Assembly (NCBI GenBank): GCA_964516945.1
Contig: CAZFAL010000001.1
Span: 1 to 61,853, forward strand
DNA: 61,853 nucleotides
Source: an uncultured Ignavibacteriales bacterium
Lineage (GTDB): Bacteria > Zixibacteria > MSB-5A5 > GN15 > JACZUZ01
Direction of reading: 5' to 3'
Shown here: positions 25,684-34,455 of the stretch, piece by piece
Layout: each line of letters starts with the position of its first letter
How positions within the stretch are numbered: the stretch's first letter is position 1
Notes under the pieces: model-generated
What the model was told of the DNA's origin: nothing
The model's input: the letters and a program-made list of their open reading frames with translations, nothing else
The model's database searches: none
Position numbers and translations under genes: made by a program

Positions 25684-26400
25684 TCAGGACGACTCTGTGC
25701 GAATCGCCTCCTCAACTATTCCAAGTTGTGATTCAAGGCGGGCGTCAATATCCCCGGAGGGCGTATGGATAAAGCATCCTCCATAGCCTATCCGCGGGTC
25801 CGGCTCGATGCTTAACTCTCTGACATCGGTGGAAAGTGATTTGAATTCATCCATGCGCAGTCGCAACTCTTCCAAATGATCAGGATTCACTTTTACATGG
25901 ATCTTGCGTTTATCAGCAAGTTCGTTGATGGCGCCTTTTATGATTGCCGCGGTTACGTCCACGTCGATTTTGGCGGCGTCACACGTCACTTTATGGGCGA
26001 TTTTGAGAATAACGTCCATAGCGCGTGACTCTGCGTCTCGCAAGAGCGTCTCCCGTTGAGCAAGCGCGTCATTGACAGCGCCACTGAAAGAATCAAATAC
26101 TTTTTGCGCTTCGGAACGTCCCTCCTGCAATCCGGTGGTCTTTCCGTTAGTGAATCCTTCGCTTCGCGCCTGTTGTTCCCGCTGCTTGCAATGATCGACA
26201 ATCTTAATGACTTCCTGGAGCGCTATAAACCGTGTCCCGTCAGGCGCCGTTTCACAGCAGACATCCGGGAACATCTCCGCCAGCAACTGCGCGCCACGGT
26301 CGCTTCTCTCAATGTCCTCTCTCCCCTCGCCAATCTTACGCGATCCGGTTGAGACTACTGTGCGAATTACTTTCAACGCGGAATTAGACAATGACATCAT
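25684..26400 (-). CDS. fliH: Flagellar assembly protein FliH
   Basis: C-terminal FliH domain (...IHVKVNPDHLEELRLRMDEFKS...DPRIGYGGCFIHTPSGDIDARLESQLGIVEEAI). I chose the ATG at 26400 (GGAGG Shine-Dalgarno), which overlaps the fliG end by 17 nt. The track start at 26493 would overlap fliG by 110 nt. Confidence 0.8.
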   Translation of the reverse strand: MMSLSNSALKVIRTVVSTGSRKIGEGREDIERSDRGAQLLAEMFPDVCCETAPDGTRFIALQEVIKIVDHCKQREQQARSEGFTNGKTTGLQEGRSEAQKVFDSFSGAVNDALAQRETLLRDAESRAMDVILKIAHKVTCDAAKIDVDVTAAIIKGAINELADKRKIHVKVNPDHLEELRLRMDEFKSLSTDVRELSIEPDPRIGYGGCFIHTPSGDIDARLESQLGIVEEAIRTESS

Positions 26401-27424
26401 CCTTACCGCCTCCGCGGCCACTAATAACGATTTGTCCTTCTTCTTCAAGACGACGGACTGATTCAACCACCCGCTGCTGGGCGGCCTCAACATCAGAGAG
26501 TCGCATCGGACCCATAAACTCCATTTCTTCGCGAATCATAACCGCCACACGCTCAGAGACATTCGAGAATATCTTGGTTTTCACTTCATCGGTCGCGGCC
26601 TTCAATGCAATCGACAAGTCCTTCGTTTCAACTTCTTTGAGAACACGTTGGATTGAACGATCGTCAAGGAGGATGAGATCATCGAAGACAAACATCATAT
26701 TCTTGATTTCACCGGCAAGGTCTGCGTCTTCAACTTCTATTGACTGAATAATATGCTTCTCAGCGCTGGTATCCATCAAATTGAGTATTTCAGCAATTGA
26801 TTTCGCCCCACCTGAAACATCAAGAGAGCTGCCGAGGCCGGAAGAGAAATGATTCTGCAAGGTCATTTCGATTTCGCGGAGAACATCCGGAGAGATTTTC
26901 TCCATTGTCGCAATTCGGTATGACACCTCAGACTGCGCTTCCGGGCTTAACTCGGCCAAAACAGATGACGCCTGCTCCGGTCTGACTTGCGTCAGTATTA
27001 AAGCGATAGTTTGCGGATGTTCCTGCTGGATATAGCCGGCAAGTTGCTTGGGGTCAATTGTCTGGAGCAGATTAAAACCGGTCGTTCGTAACGAACCCTC
27101 AACACGGGACATAATCTCCCGCGCCCGGGCGCCTCCCACCACCTTCTGAAGCACGTCCATCGCGAAGTCAACACCGCCCTGCGAGACATATTGACGCGCC
27201 ATGAAGATGTTGTAGCAATCCTCAATGACCGCCGTTTCAACTTCCGGTGACACATCGCGCAAATTCGCAATCTCGATTGTGAGCGCTTCGAGCTCATGCT
27301 CTTTCATGCCCTTGAGAACTTCGGCGGACACTTCCGGTCCAAAGGCAACAAGTGCTATCGCCGCTTTCTGCGTTGATGTCAGATCTTCTAATTTAGCGTT
27401 GTCTTCCATATCTGACTCTGTCAC
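26384..27424 (-). CDS. fliG: Flagellar motor switch protein FliG
   Basis: LTSTQKAAIALVAFGPEVSAEVLKGMKEHELEALTIEIANL...MMFVFDDLILLDDRSIQRVLKEVETKDLSIALK. The start is GTG at 27424 or ATG at 27409. Confidence 0.95.
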   Translation of the reverse strand: MTESDMEDNAKLEDLTSTQKAAIALVAFGPEVSAEVLKGMKEHELEALTIEIANLRDVSPEVETAVIEDCYNIFMARQYVSQGGVDFAMDVLQKVVGGARAREIMSRVEGSLRTTGFNLLQTIDPKQLAGYIQQEHPQTIALILTQVRPEQASSVLAELSPEAQSEVSYRIATMEKISPDVLREIEMTLQNHFSSGLGSSLDVSGGAKSIAEILNLMDTSAEKHIIQSIEVEDADLAGEIKNMMFVFDDLILLDDRSIQRVLKEVETKDLSIALKAATDEVKTKIFSNVSERVAVMIREEMEFMGPMRLSDVEAAQQRVVESVRRLEEEGQIVISGRGGGKDDVIV

Positions 27425-28983
27425 TATTCAGCGTTACCGACCATCATAGTCTTGATGACCTTCGCAAGCTCTTCGGGATTCTCTTTGGCAGTTTCCTGCA
27501 TCTGGTCCAGAAGCTTCGGAGTGCGGCGCTCCATCTCATAGCTCACCGGCTCATCCACAATCGGACCTACTTTTTCAACTTCCGGTCGTGAAGGCGGAGG
27601 AGGCGGAACGATTTTTTTCAGGGACGCGAACAGTTTGCGCGCTTTCTTGCGGAAATACAGAACGAAGAACGCTATAAGTATCCAACCGCCGAAGCGTTTG
27701 ACAAGATCGATATACATATACATACCTGGGCCGCTGTCTAACTCCTTTTGCAACTCAGTGAACGAGCTGTTGTCAAACGGCAGGTTATAGACATCTATCT
27801 GGTCATTTCTATCGGCGTCAAACCCAATCGACGACTTTACGATGCCTGCAAGGCGATCGATTTCTTCCTGCGGACGTGGCGTATAGCTGTCTACCAAATT
27901 GCCGGAGCCGTCATCAACTTGTTCGGTTTTCCCGTCCAGCATCACCGCTACCGAGAGACGCTTTATCACACCGACATGATTGATGATATGCTCGACTGTT
28001 TTTGGTATCTCGTAGTTTGTTATCGTAGACTCTACTTTGGAGTCATCAGAGCTTTCCGCTGTCTTTTCTTTGGTGTTGTCTTTTGAATTTGCAGACTCCT
28101 CATTGCGCTCTTCACTACGGACAACCGCTCCATTGGCGTCATAAAGCTCATTCGTTCTGTCAACTTGAGTAAAATCCAATTCCGCAGAGACTCGCACTAC
28201 GGATTTCCCCATGCCCACCACATTGTCCAACATGCTTTGCGCTTTTTCTTCGAGATACCTCTCTACATCTTTGCGCACTTCCAGTTGGGTTGAAGACAGA
28301 CCCGCCATCGTGTTTTGCGGTTTAGGATCGGACAACAGGTTACCGTTGTAATCTATAATCGAAATATTCTCCGGCTTGAGTCCTTCCACCGACGACGCTA
28401 CCAGATGATTTATACCTGATATCTGACCCCGGGAGAGTCCTCCTCCGGAAAGCTTGAGCAGAATCGACGCAGTTGTTTCCTTCTTGTCCCGCGCAAACAA
28501 CCGCTCTTTGGGCATTACAATATGCACCCGCGCCGACTTAACCTCATTGATTTCGAGGATTGTCTTAGTCAACTCTCCCTCAAGCGCCCGCCTGAAGTTT
28601 ACTTTCTGCAAGAAATCAGTCATGCCGAAGTTTGTCTTGTCGAAAATTGCATATCCGATACTTCCACCGGCGGGAACACCCTGCGAAGCCATTTCCATGC
28701 GCACTTTGTGCACCTGGTCATCGGGCACAAGGATAGTCCGGCCACCGTCAGACACCTGATACGGGATCTTGTTGGCGTCGAGATACGACAGCGCCTCACC
28801 GGCCGAAGCGTCATCAAGATTGCGATAGAGCGCGGAATAATTTACGGATGTCACAAAGACAAAGAGCGCCACGATACCGGCAATAACACCGGCGCTGACA
28901 CCGAGAAGCATTAGCGCCTGGCTGGCGGACATATGTTTGGCAAATGTGAGTAACGATGCAAAGGTTCGTTTGAGATCGTCCAT
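27424..28983 (-). CDS. fliF: MS-ring protein FliF
   Basis: N-terminal TM segment, YscJ/FliF ring domain (YSALYRNLDDASAGEALSYLDANKIPYQVSDGGRTILVP), and a second TM segment near the C-terminus. Length is 519 aa. Confidence 0.95.
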   Translation of the reverse strand: MDDLKRTFASLLTFAKHMSASQALMLLGVSAGVIAGIVALFVFVTSVNYSALYRNLDDASAGEALSYLDANKIPYQVSDGGRTILVPDDQVHKVRMEMASQGVPAGGSIGYAIFDKTNFGMTDFLQKVNFRRALEGELTKTILEINEVKSARVHIVMPKERLFARDKKETTASILLKLSGGGLSRGQISGINHLVASSVEGLKPENISIIDYNGNLLSDPKPQNTMAGLSSTQLEVRKDVERYLEEKAQSMLDNVVGMGKSVVRVSAELDFTQVDRTNELYDANGAVVRSEERNEESANSKDNTKEKTAESSDDSKVESTITNYEIPKTVEHIINHVGVIKRLSVAVMLDGKTEQVDDGSGNLVDSYTPRPQEEIDRLAGIVKSSIGFDADRNDQIDVYNLPFDNSSFTELQKELDSGPGMYMYIDLVKRFGGWILIAFFVLYFRKKARKLFASLKKIVPPPPPSRPEVEKVGPIVDEPVSYEMERRTPKLLDQMQETAKENPEELAKVIKTMMVGNAE

Positions 28984-29109
28984 GCTACTTCCTGTAATCA
29001 GACGTTGTATTGTTGTCGCGTTGTCGTTTCATATCCGCCTGCCTCGCTACTATGACTCTTCATCCAATGAGCTGTCACAGTCGCCGCGTCTATGAATCTG
29101 TCAGAATCA

Positions 29110-29442
29110 TCATATAGGCATACGAATGAGGTCTTTGTATGCTTCAACCAGTTTGTTTCGGATTTCCAATAGTAAGTCAAAAGCAATCCCGGCTTCTTCA
29201 CCGGCAATCATCACTTCATGTAAGTCAATATCTTCGCCATTAAGAAATGCATTGCCTGCGTCTTCGGCCTTGTTGCCCAATTCGTCAACGTTTTCTGTAA
29301 AACTCTTGAGCGCCTCCATGAAATCCGGTTTCTTGACACCTTCAACATCAAGAGGATTTGCAACCTCAAGCGGCTTGGGTGTCGCCTGTGGCGTCTCAAG
29401 ACCGGGGAGAATCCTGACCCCTGCAAGCGGAATTGCGGTCAT
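29110..29442 (-). CDS. fliE: Flagellar hook-basal body complex protein FliE
   Basis: C-terminal FliE motif: DIDLHEVMIAGEEAGIAFDLLLEIRNKLVEAYKDLIRMPI. Confidence 0.85.
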   Translation of the reverse strand: MTAIPLAGVRILPGLETPQATPKPLEVANPLDVEGVKKPDFMEALKSFTENVDELGNKAEDAGNAFLNGEDIDLHEVMIAGEEAGIAFDLLLEIRNKLVEAYKDLIRMPI

Positions 29443-29831
29443 ACCCGATAATCCACATTGGCGCCCAAGCGCGGCGCATGAGTTTGTGTGCCTTCTGCGT
29501 CATACTGAACGCCGGAATTCCGGGTCTCGGTATATTTTGCAAAGAGCGTATCAATTGCCTGCCGTTCTTCAACGCTGAGCAACTGTGTAAAATCGCTGTC
29601 GGGCTTGACCGCCAACGCTGAGCTGGTTTCGTCCTGCCGACGAGCCATCGTAACTGCTTTGTCCTGCTCAGACTTTGCGATGCGCGCGGTGTCCGCCTCT
29701 TTGATTGCGCCGTTTTTCACGCCTTCAGTTTCGAGCGCAAAAGCTTCCTGTGAGCGTTGTGTCGCATCCGGATTCTTGCGCGTCGCATCGGTCTTGCCGT
29801 ACGCTGAAATGCCAACTGGATTGATATTCAT
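29439..29831 (-). CDS. Hypothetical hydrophilic protein (130 aa) inserted between flgC and fliE
   Basis: ATG with AGGA 10 nt upstream. Its stop overlaps the fliE start (ATGA), indicating translational coupling. I recognise no family. Only the first ~15 aa (MNINPVGISAYGKTD) resemble FlgM N-termini. Confidence 0.5.
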   Translation of the reverse strand: MNINPVGISAYGKTDATRKNPDATQRSQEAFALETEGVKNGAIKEADTARIAKSEQDKAVTMARRQDETSSALAVKPDSDFTQLLSVEERQAIDTLFAKYTETRNSGVQYDAEGTQTHAPRLGANVDYRV

Positions 29832-29918
29832 GCTTTCTGTCCTGTTCTATGCTGCATCTAAAGTGTTTTCCGGGGTCATTGTGTCAATAATCATCTGTCA
29901 ATAGTCATGCGTTAATCG

Positions 29919-30413
29919 CTAAATATCGAGCGCCTCATTGAGCATGCGCTTCGATGATGAAATAGTAGATATGTTCGCTTCATACGCACGATTCGCCGCA
30001 ATCATATCCACCATTTCATTGATCATTTCAATATCGGGCATCTTCACATATCCTTCGCTGTCGGCGTCCGGATGGCTCGGATCGTACACGAGCTTGAAAC
30101 TTGATTCCGGATCACTGACTTCCTCGCCGGTCACGCTGTCCGGCTCTGTGGACCTGCTCAGTGAATGGATACGCCCCTTGATGTGACGCGGATTGGTACG
30201 CACCAGTTTGTCATGCGCGGCGCTCATCGCGCGTCCGAAAGAAGGCTTCGCATCCGTTTCGCTGACCAGCACACGTTGGCGTCGATAGGGACCACCGTCG
30301 GCGGTGCGTGACGTGTCAATGTTGGCGATGTTTTCTGAGACAACATCCATTTTCTGACGTTGCACCGTCATCCCCGTAGCGGCGACATCTATGGCCTTAA
30401 ATATCCCTGACAT
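29919..30413 (-). CDS. flgC: Proximal rod protein FlgC
   Basis: FKAIDVAATGMTVQRQKMDVVSENIANIDTSRT...GYVKMPDIEMINEMVDMIAANRAYEANIS. Confidence 0.95.
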   Translation of the reverse strand: MSGIFKAIDVAATGMTVQRQKMDVVSENIANIDTSRTADGGPYRRQRVLVSETDAKPSFGRAMSAAHDKLVRTNPRHIKGRIHSLSRSTEPDSVTGEEVSDPESSFKLVYDPSHPDADSEGYVKMPDIEMINEMVDMIAANRAYEANISTISSSKRMLNEALDI

Positions 30414-30465
30414 ACTGTTCCTTCCCCCGACTCAGATTATCACGAACTTGAAAACCGCACGCGAT

Positions 30466-30885
30466 TTACTTTCGCCCACTGATTGCCTGACGCAAGCCGA
30501 TGAATTTGTTCTTCAGCATACGTGCGGCGACTGTGTAGCTGATTTGGTTCGTCGCGAGTTTAGTCATTTCTTTGTCGATATTGACATCATTGATACCATT
30601 GCTCGGCGCTTTCCTGTTGGTCAGAATCCTCGGAGCGCGATTCTCGCTCATTCCCAAGGGGATGTGACGCGGGTTGGTTGTAACGCCCTCGACACCCAGC
30701 GGAGTCCCTTTGAGTCGCTGAAACTCTTTTTGAAAATCAATATCTTTGGCCTTGTAGCCGGGAGTGAGCACATTGGCAACATTGCCGGAAATCAATTTGT
30801 GTCGTAATGAAGTCAAATTCAGATACGACTTGAATTTGGGCACGCCGACCTTATTCAGAATGGCGTTTTGTATGATATTGCTCAT
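30466..30885 (-). CDS. flgB: Proximal rod protein FlgB
   Basis: LTSLRHKLISGNVANVLTPGYKAKDIDFQKEF...MTKLATNQISYTVAARMLKNKF. It is the first gene of the flgB-fliJ block. Confidence 0.9.
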   Translation of the reverse strand: MSNIIQNAILNKVGVPKFKSYLNLTSLRHKLISGNVANVLTPGYKAKDIDFQKEFQRLKGTPLGVEGVTTNPRHIPLGMSENRAPRILTNRKAPSNGINDVNIDKEMTKLATNQISYTVAARMLKNKFIGLRQAISGRK

Positions 30886-30957
30886 CGTTTTCTATCCGCT
30901 ACTACTGATTAACACCTTGTCAAATCGCCGGCGTGGCGTTTTGCCGCTATACGGTTA

Positions 30958-30973
30958 TGCAACTTGGGCGCCG
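30958..30973 (-). promoter_or_regulatory. Sigma54-type promoter (-24/-12) for the flgB-fliJ operon
   Basis: Minus strand reads CGGCGC-CCAAG-TTGCAT with correct GG-N10-GC spacing, about 75-90 nt upstream of the flgB ATG. A sigma54 enhancer-binding regulator is encoded at 33067-34455. Confidence 0.5.
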
Positions 30974-31129
30974 AAGGCCCAAGCGTCGGCTATGCCCATG
31001 TATGACAGCGTGTTAACCTAATATCACTCTTTGGCCGGGCCACGCACGTTGAAGATTGTTCCACTGCGGCGGGACATTTTTTCCCAGGGATACGTTCGGG
31101 GGCTACATCCGGGGGATGCTACCGAGGGA

Positions 31130-31927
31130 TTACTTCGAAGCAGTTTTCACGTAAAGGTCCGAGCTCGGCTCTTTGCGGGATAATTCGTTTGTCAAAACAA
31201 CTACATCGACTCGCCGATTCTTAGCCCGGTTCTCCGGTGTATTGTTGGGACGTATCGGGCGATACTGGCCATACCCCAAAGCCGAAATACGCTTCCCGGA
31301 AAACCCGTGCGCATCCATGAAATAACGCACAACCTCCGTCGCCCGCGCCGATGACAACTCCCAGTTTGATGGGAATCTACTGGTGGCTATCGGTGAATTA
31401 TCTGTATGTCCTTCAACTCGAATATGGTTCGGAATCGAATCTATTTCCGAGGCGACCAGATCGAGTATTCTCATTGCGCTTGCCGACAACTTCGCGGCGC
31501 CCGGCTGAAACAACGCTGACTCCATGATGTGAATCACCAGACCCCGTTCGGTAATCTCGGCTTCGAATTTCTTATTATCCAATCCCTGCTCAAAAGCCTT
31601 GTGCTCGAGAGAGCGCATCATGACACGTTGCCGACTGATTTTTAGTGGACCGCTGCCTTCAAGGTCGTCGAATTCCGGCTTTAATAATTTCTCATGTGAT
31701 TCACCGGTGAGAACCCCGGAAAGCGCCCGTGAGACCTTGCCAAAACGTTTGGCGTCCAAATGCGACATTGAATACATGATGATGAAAAAAGCCAGTAGCA
31801 GAGTTATTAAATCGGCGTAGGTCAACAACCAGCGATCTTTTGAAGGCGTCGATTCGATGCGCTTCCTGTTGCGCACTGATGTGGGAAAACGCGGAGTATC
31901 GGGACTAAACTGCTGCTCATCAGACAT
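31130..31927 (-). CDS. motB: Flagellar stator protein MotB
   Basis: TM helix with the conserved Asp (RWLLTYADLITLLLAFFIIM) and an OmpA-like C-terminal domain (...SNWELSSARATEVVRYF...NRAKNRRVDVVVL). Confidence 0.9.
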   Translation of the reverse strand: MSDEQQFSPDTPRFPTSVRNRKRIESTPSKDRWLLTYADLITLLLAFFIIMYSMSHLDAKRFGKVSRALSGVLTGESHEKLLKPEFDDLEGSGPLKISRQRVMMRSLEHKAFEQGLDNKKFEAEITERGLVIHIMESALFQPGAAKLSASAMRILDLVASEIDSIPNHIRVEGHTDNSPIATSRFPSNWELSSARATEVVRYFMDAHGFSGKRISALGYGQYRPIRPNNTPENRAKNRRVDVVVLTNELSRKEPSSDLYVKTASK

Positions 31928-31930
31928 GAC

Positions 31931-32695
31931 CTAAATCTCCACATCGCGATGAGCCGGAGAGAGGAATGACTGCAAGCGACGACGAATCAGACGGGGAGTT
32001 TCACCGGCCTGAATCGCCAGCACCCCCTCGGCAATAAGCTCCATCGTCGAAACTTCCTCCTCGTGTCGGGTGCGCAATTTGTCTGCCAGCGGGATATAGA
32101 CGATATTGGCCATACCAACTCCCCACAGTGTCGCGATAAACGCCGAGGCAATTGCTCCGGCCATCTTGTCGGGATTGTTGACACTGCCGAAGGTATGCAC
32201 AAGCGCCAGAACGGTGCCAAGAATTCCCAGTGTAGGTGAAAATCCGCCCATGCGATTGAACAGATCAATCCCCCGCTGATGGCGTTGCGTCATGTACGAA
32301 ATCTCAGTGTATAGCACCTCACGCAACGCATTGACATCCACGCCGTCAATCACGAGAAGCGTAGCCTTGGCAAAAAAACGATTTGGCAGAGCTTTGAGCT
32401 CACGCTCCAGTGAAAGGATTCCGTCACGTCTGGCGCGCTCGGCAATATGCACAATCTGATCAATCAAAGCGGCATGGTCATCTCCTTTTCCAAAAAACGA
32501 GATTCGCAAGTACGCAGGGAGATTGAGCGCAACTCTGCCGCTGGCTCCGACAATCGAGACACCGATTGTACCGCCGACAACCAGAATCATCGGCGCGACA
32601 AGAAATACCGAATCCGCCTTTCCACCTTCCATCCAGAAAGATGAAATCACGGCGCCGACTGCAGTGAGTATTCCGATTACTGAGGCAATATCCAT
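31931..32695 (-). CDS. motA: Flagellar stator protein MotA
   Basis: A MotA/TolQ/ExbB-type channel protein of 254 aa (...GGFSPTLGILGTVLALVHTF...AFIATLWGVGMANIVYIPLADKL) directly upstream of motB. Confidence 0.9.
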   Translation of the reverse strand: MDIASVIGILTAVGAVISSFWMEGGKADSVFLVAPMILVVGGTIGVSIVGASGRVALNLPAYLRISFFGKGDDHAALIDQIVHIAERARRDGILSLERELKALPNRFFAKATLLVIDGVDVNALREVLYTEISYMTQRHQRGIDLFNRMGGFSPTLGILGTVLALVHTFGSVNNPDKMAGAIASAFIATLWGVGMANIVYIPLADKLRTRHEEEVSTMELIAEGVLAIQAGETPRLIRRRLQSFLSPAHRDVEI

Positions 32696-32866
32696 ATTAG
32701 CTCTATTATCTTTACTGTTTCACTTGTTTTCCGGCGCACGTTGCCGGATTGAAAGACTGTCCGACCGTCAGACTGACAAATTGATAGCTTGTCCTCCGGC
32801 GTCGCTCAGCGTGCACTTACAGGCGTCCGGGCAGGCGTCCGGATTTGAAACGCCCGCTGTAACCTT

Positions 32867-32893
32867 GCATCGGCGCTCAAAATTTGAACTTTA
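32867..32893 (-). promoter_or_regulatory. Sigma28 (FliA)-type promoter for motAB
   Basis: Minus strand reads TAAAGTTC-AAATTTTGAGC-GCCGATGC, against TAAAGTTT-N11-GCCGATAA with exact spacing. It lies about 170 nt upstream of the motA ATG. Confidence 0.6.
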
Positions 32894-32948
32894 GCGTAAG
32901 ACTGTGGTGAATTAGTGAAAAGGAAGCTTTAAGTCAGCGGCAATGATC

Positions 32949-32984
32949 CACAGGATGATTTACAGGATGATTCACAGGACGAGT
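32949..32984. repeat. 3 x 12-bp tandem repeat between the regulator gene and the motA promoter
   Basis: cacaggatgatt / tacaggatgatt / cacaggacgagt. It lies 56-91 nt upstream of the -35 element of the motA sigma28 promoter. Confidence 0.9.
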
Positions 32985-33066
32985 AATGAGAGGATACAGA
33001 TGATGAATGGATGACAAAGCAAACCGGGCGTGGCGGACACAACCGGCTGACGCTGGAGACCATAAA

Positions 33067-34455
33067 CTATTCCACAAGGGCGGAATCGTTTTCCTCAACC
33101 TCGTCGACCGCGCCCAGACCGCTGTATTCTTTAAGCTTGTTGCGAATTGTTCTTGCTGAAACATCCAGACTCCTCGCCGCCTCAGACTTACTGCCTCCAA
33201 ACCGCTTTACTCGTTCGAGGATGACAATTTTCTCAAGGTCATGCAGGGTCATGGTCTCGAATTCAATTTTGCGCGCAAGTGGCTTGCGAATCGTGGTTAC
33301 ATCCAGATTAAAGTCCGAACGTGTAATCGTCGGCCCCGCAGACATCACAACTGCGGCCTGAATCGTGTTTTCCAGCTCACGGACATTACCCGGCCATGGA
33401 TATTTCCTGAACATTTCAAAAACATCCCGGTCAACGTGCTTGACCTCGCGATTATTTTCCTCAGAATACTTTTTCACGAAGTATTCAACCAATTGCGGGA
33501 TGTCCTCAGTTCGTTCACGGAGCGGCGGCACCACCATCGAAATGACATTCAAACGATAGAAAAGATCTTCGCGAAAGATTCCTTCGGCAATCGCGCCCGG
33601 TAAATCACGATTACTACTGGCGATAATTCGGACATCAATGCTCACCGTTTCCGCTGACCCGACGCGCTCAATTTCACGCTCCTGCAACGTTCGCAGAAGT
33701 TTCGATTGCGTTTCATAGGGCATCTCGGAAATCTCATCGAGCAGCAATGTGCCGCCATGCGCCAGTTCAAATCTGCCGGAGCGCGCCTGAATCGCGCCGG
33801 TGAAGGCGCCCTTTTCATGGCCAAACAACTCTGATTCAATCAGGTTCTGATTCAGCGCCGCACAATTCAATTTCACAAACGGCCCATCCGCCCGGTCAGA
33901 TTCATTATGAATGGCGCGGGCGATCAACTCCTTACCGGTGCCGGACTCACCGGTGATAAGCGCTGTGGCGCGTGAAGGAGCCGCGAGTTTGATGCGATCA
34001 AATATGTCAGTCATCACTCTTGATGATCCAATAATGTCACTGTAACGTCTGGCGCTGTCGAGCTTTAGCGCCACAACCTGACGATTTAGTTTAAGTCGCT
34101 CAACCGCCTTTTGGACTCGCACCTGAACACTTTCCGGCGACATGGGCTTCATGATGAAATCAAAGGCCCCAAGTTTCATCGCCAGAACCGCCGTCTCAAT
34201 TGTACCGAAGCCCGTCATCATAATCACAATAGTCTTTGGAGAGCGCTCGCGAATATGTGTCAGCAATTGAATCCCGTCCATCTCACCCATGCGAATATCA
34301 GACAGGACAATCTCAAATGATTCTGTTTTCATCAATTCCAGCGCTGACTCCGCTGAATGCGCGCTATGTAACTCAAACTCTTTCGGACTGAGCGCCTCCA
34401 TGAGGAATTCAACTACGAGTGAATCGTCATCGACAATGAGTAATCTGGTCTTCAT
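33067..34455 (-). CDS. Sigma54-dependent response regulator (NtrC family; FlrC/FleR/FlbD-like)
   Basis: REC domain (LLIVDDDSLVVEF...DIRMGEMDG). AAA+ sigma54-activation domain (GESGTGKELIARAIH, GAFTGA loop in ESELFGHEKGAFTGA). C-terminal Fis-type HTH (SKSEAARSLDVSARTIRNKL). Confidence 0.92.
   Translation of the reverse strand: MKTRLLIVDDDSLVVEFLMEALSPKEFELHSAHSAESALELMKTESFEIVLSDIRMGEMDGIQLLTHIRERSPKTIVIMMTGFGTIETAVLAMKLGAFDFIMKPMSPESVQVRVQKAVERLKLNRQVVALKLDSARRYSDIIGSSRVMTDIFDRIKLAAPSRATALITGESGTGKELIARAIHNESDRADGPFVKLNCAALNQNLIESELFGHEKGAFTGAIQARSGRFELAHGGTLLLDEISEMPYETQSKLLRTLQEREIERVGSAETVSIDVRIIASSNRDLPGAIAEGIFREDLFYRLNVISMVVPPLRERTEDIPQLVEYFVKKYSEENNREVKHVDRDVFEMFRKYPWPGNVRELENTIQAAVVMSAGPTITRSDFNLDVTTIRKPLARKIEFETMTLHDLEKIVILERVKRFGGSKSEAARSLDVSARTIRNKLKEYSGLGAVDEVEENDSALVE

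Noticed and set aside
29439-29831. Calling the 130-aa ORF FlgM (anti-sigma28)
   Set aside because: Only the first ~15 residues resemble FlgM. The conserved C-terminal sigma28-binding region is not recognisable by eye. It remains hypothetical pending profile searches.
32934-33200. 88-aa minus-strand ORF ending in NHPVNHPVNHPVDH
   Set aside because: Its C-terminus is simply the 12-bp tandem repeat translated. The rest overlaps the 3' end of the sigma54 regulator gene in another frame.
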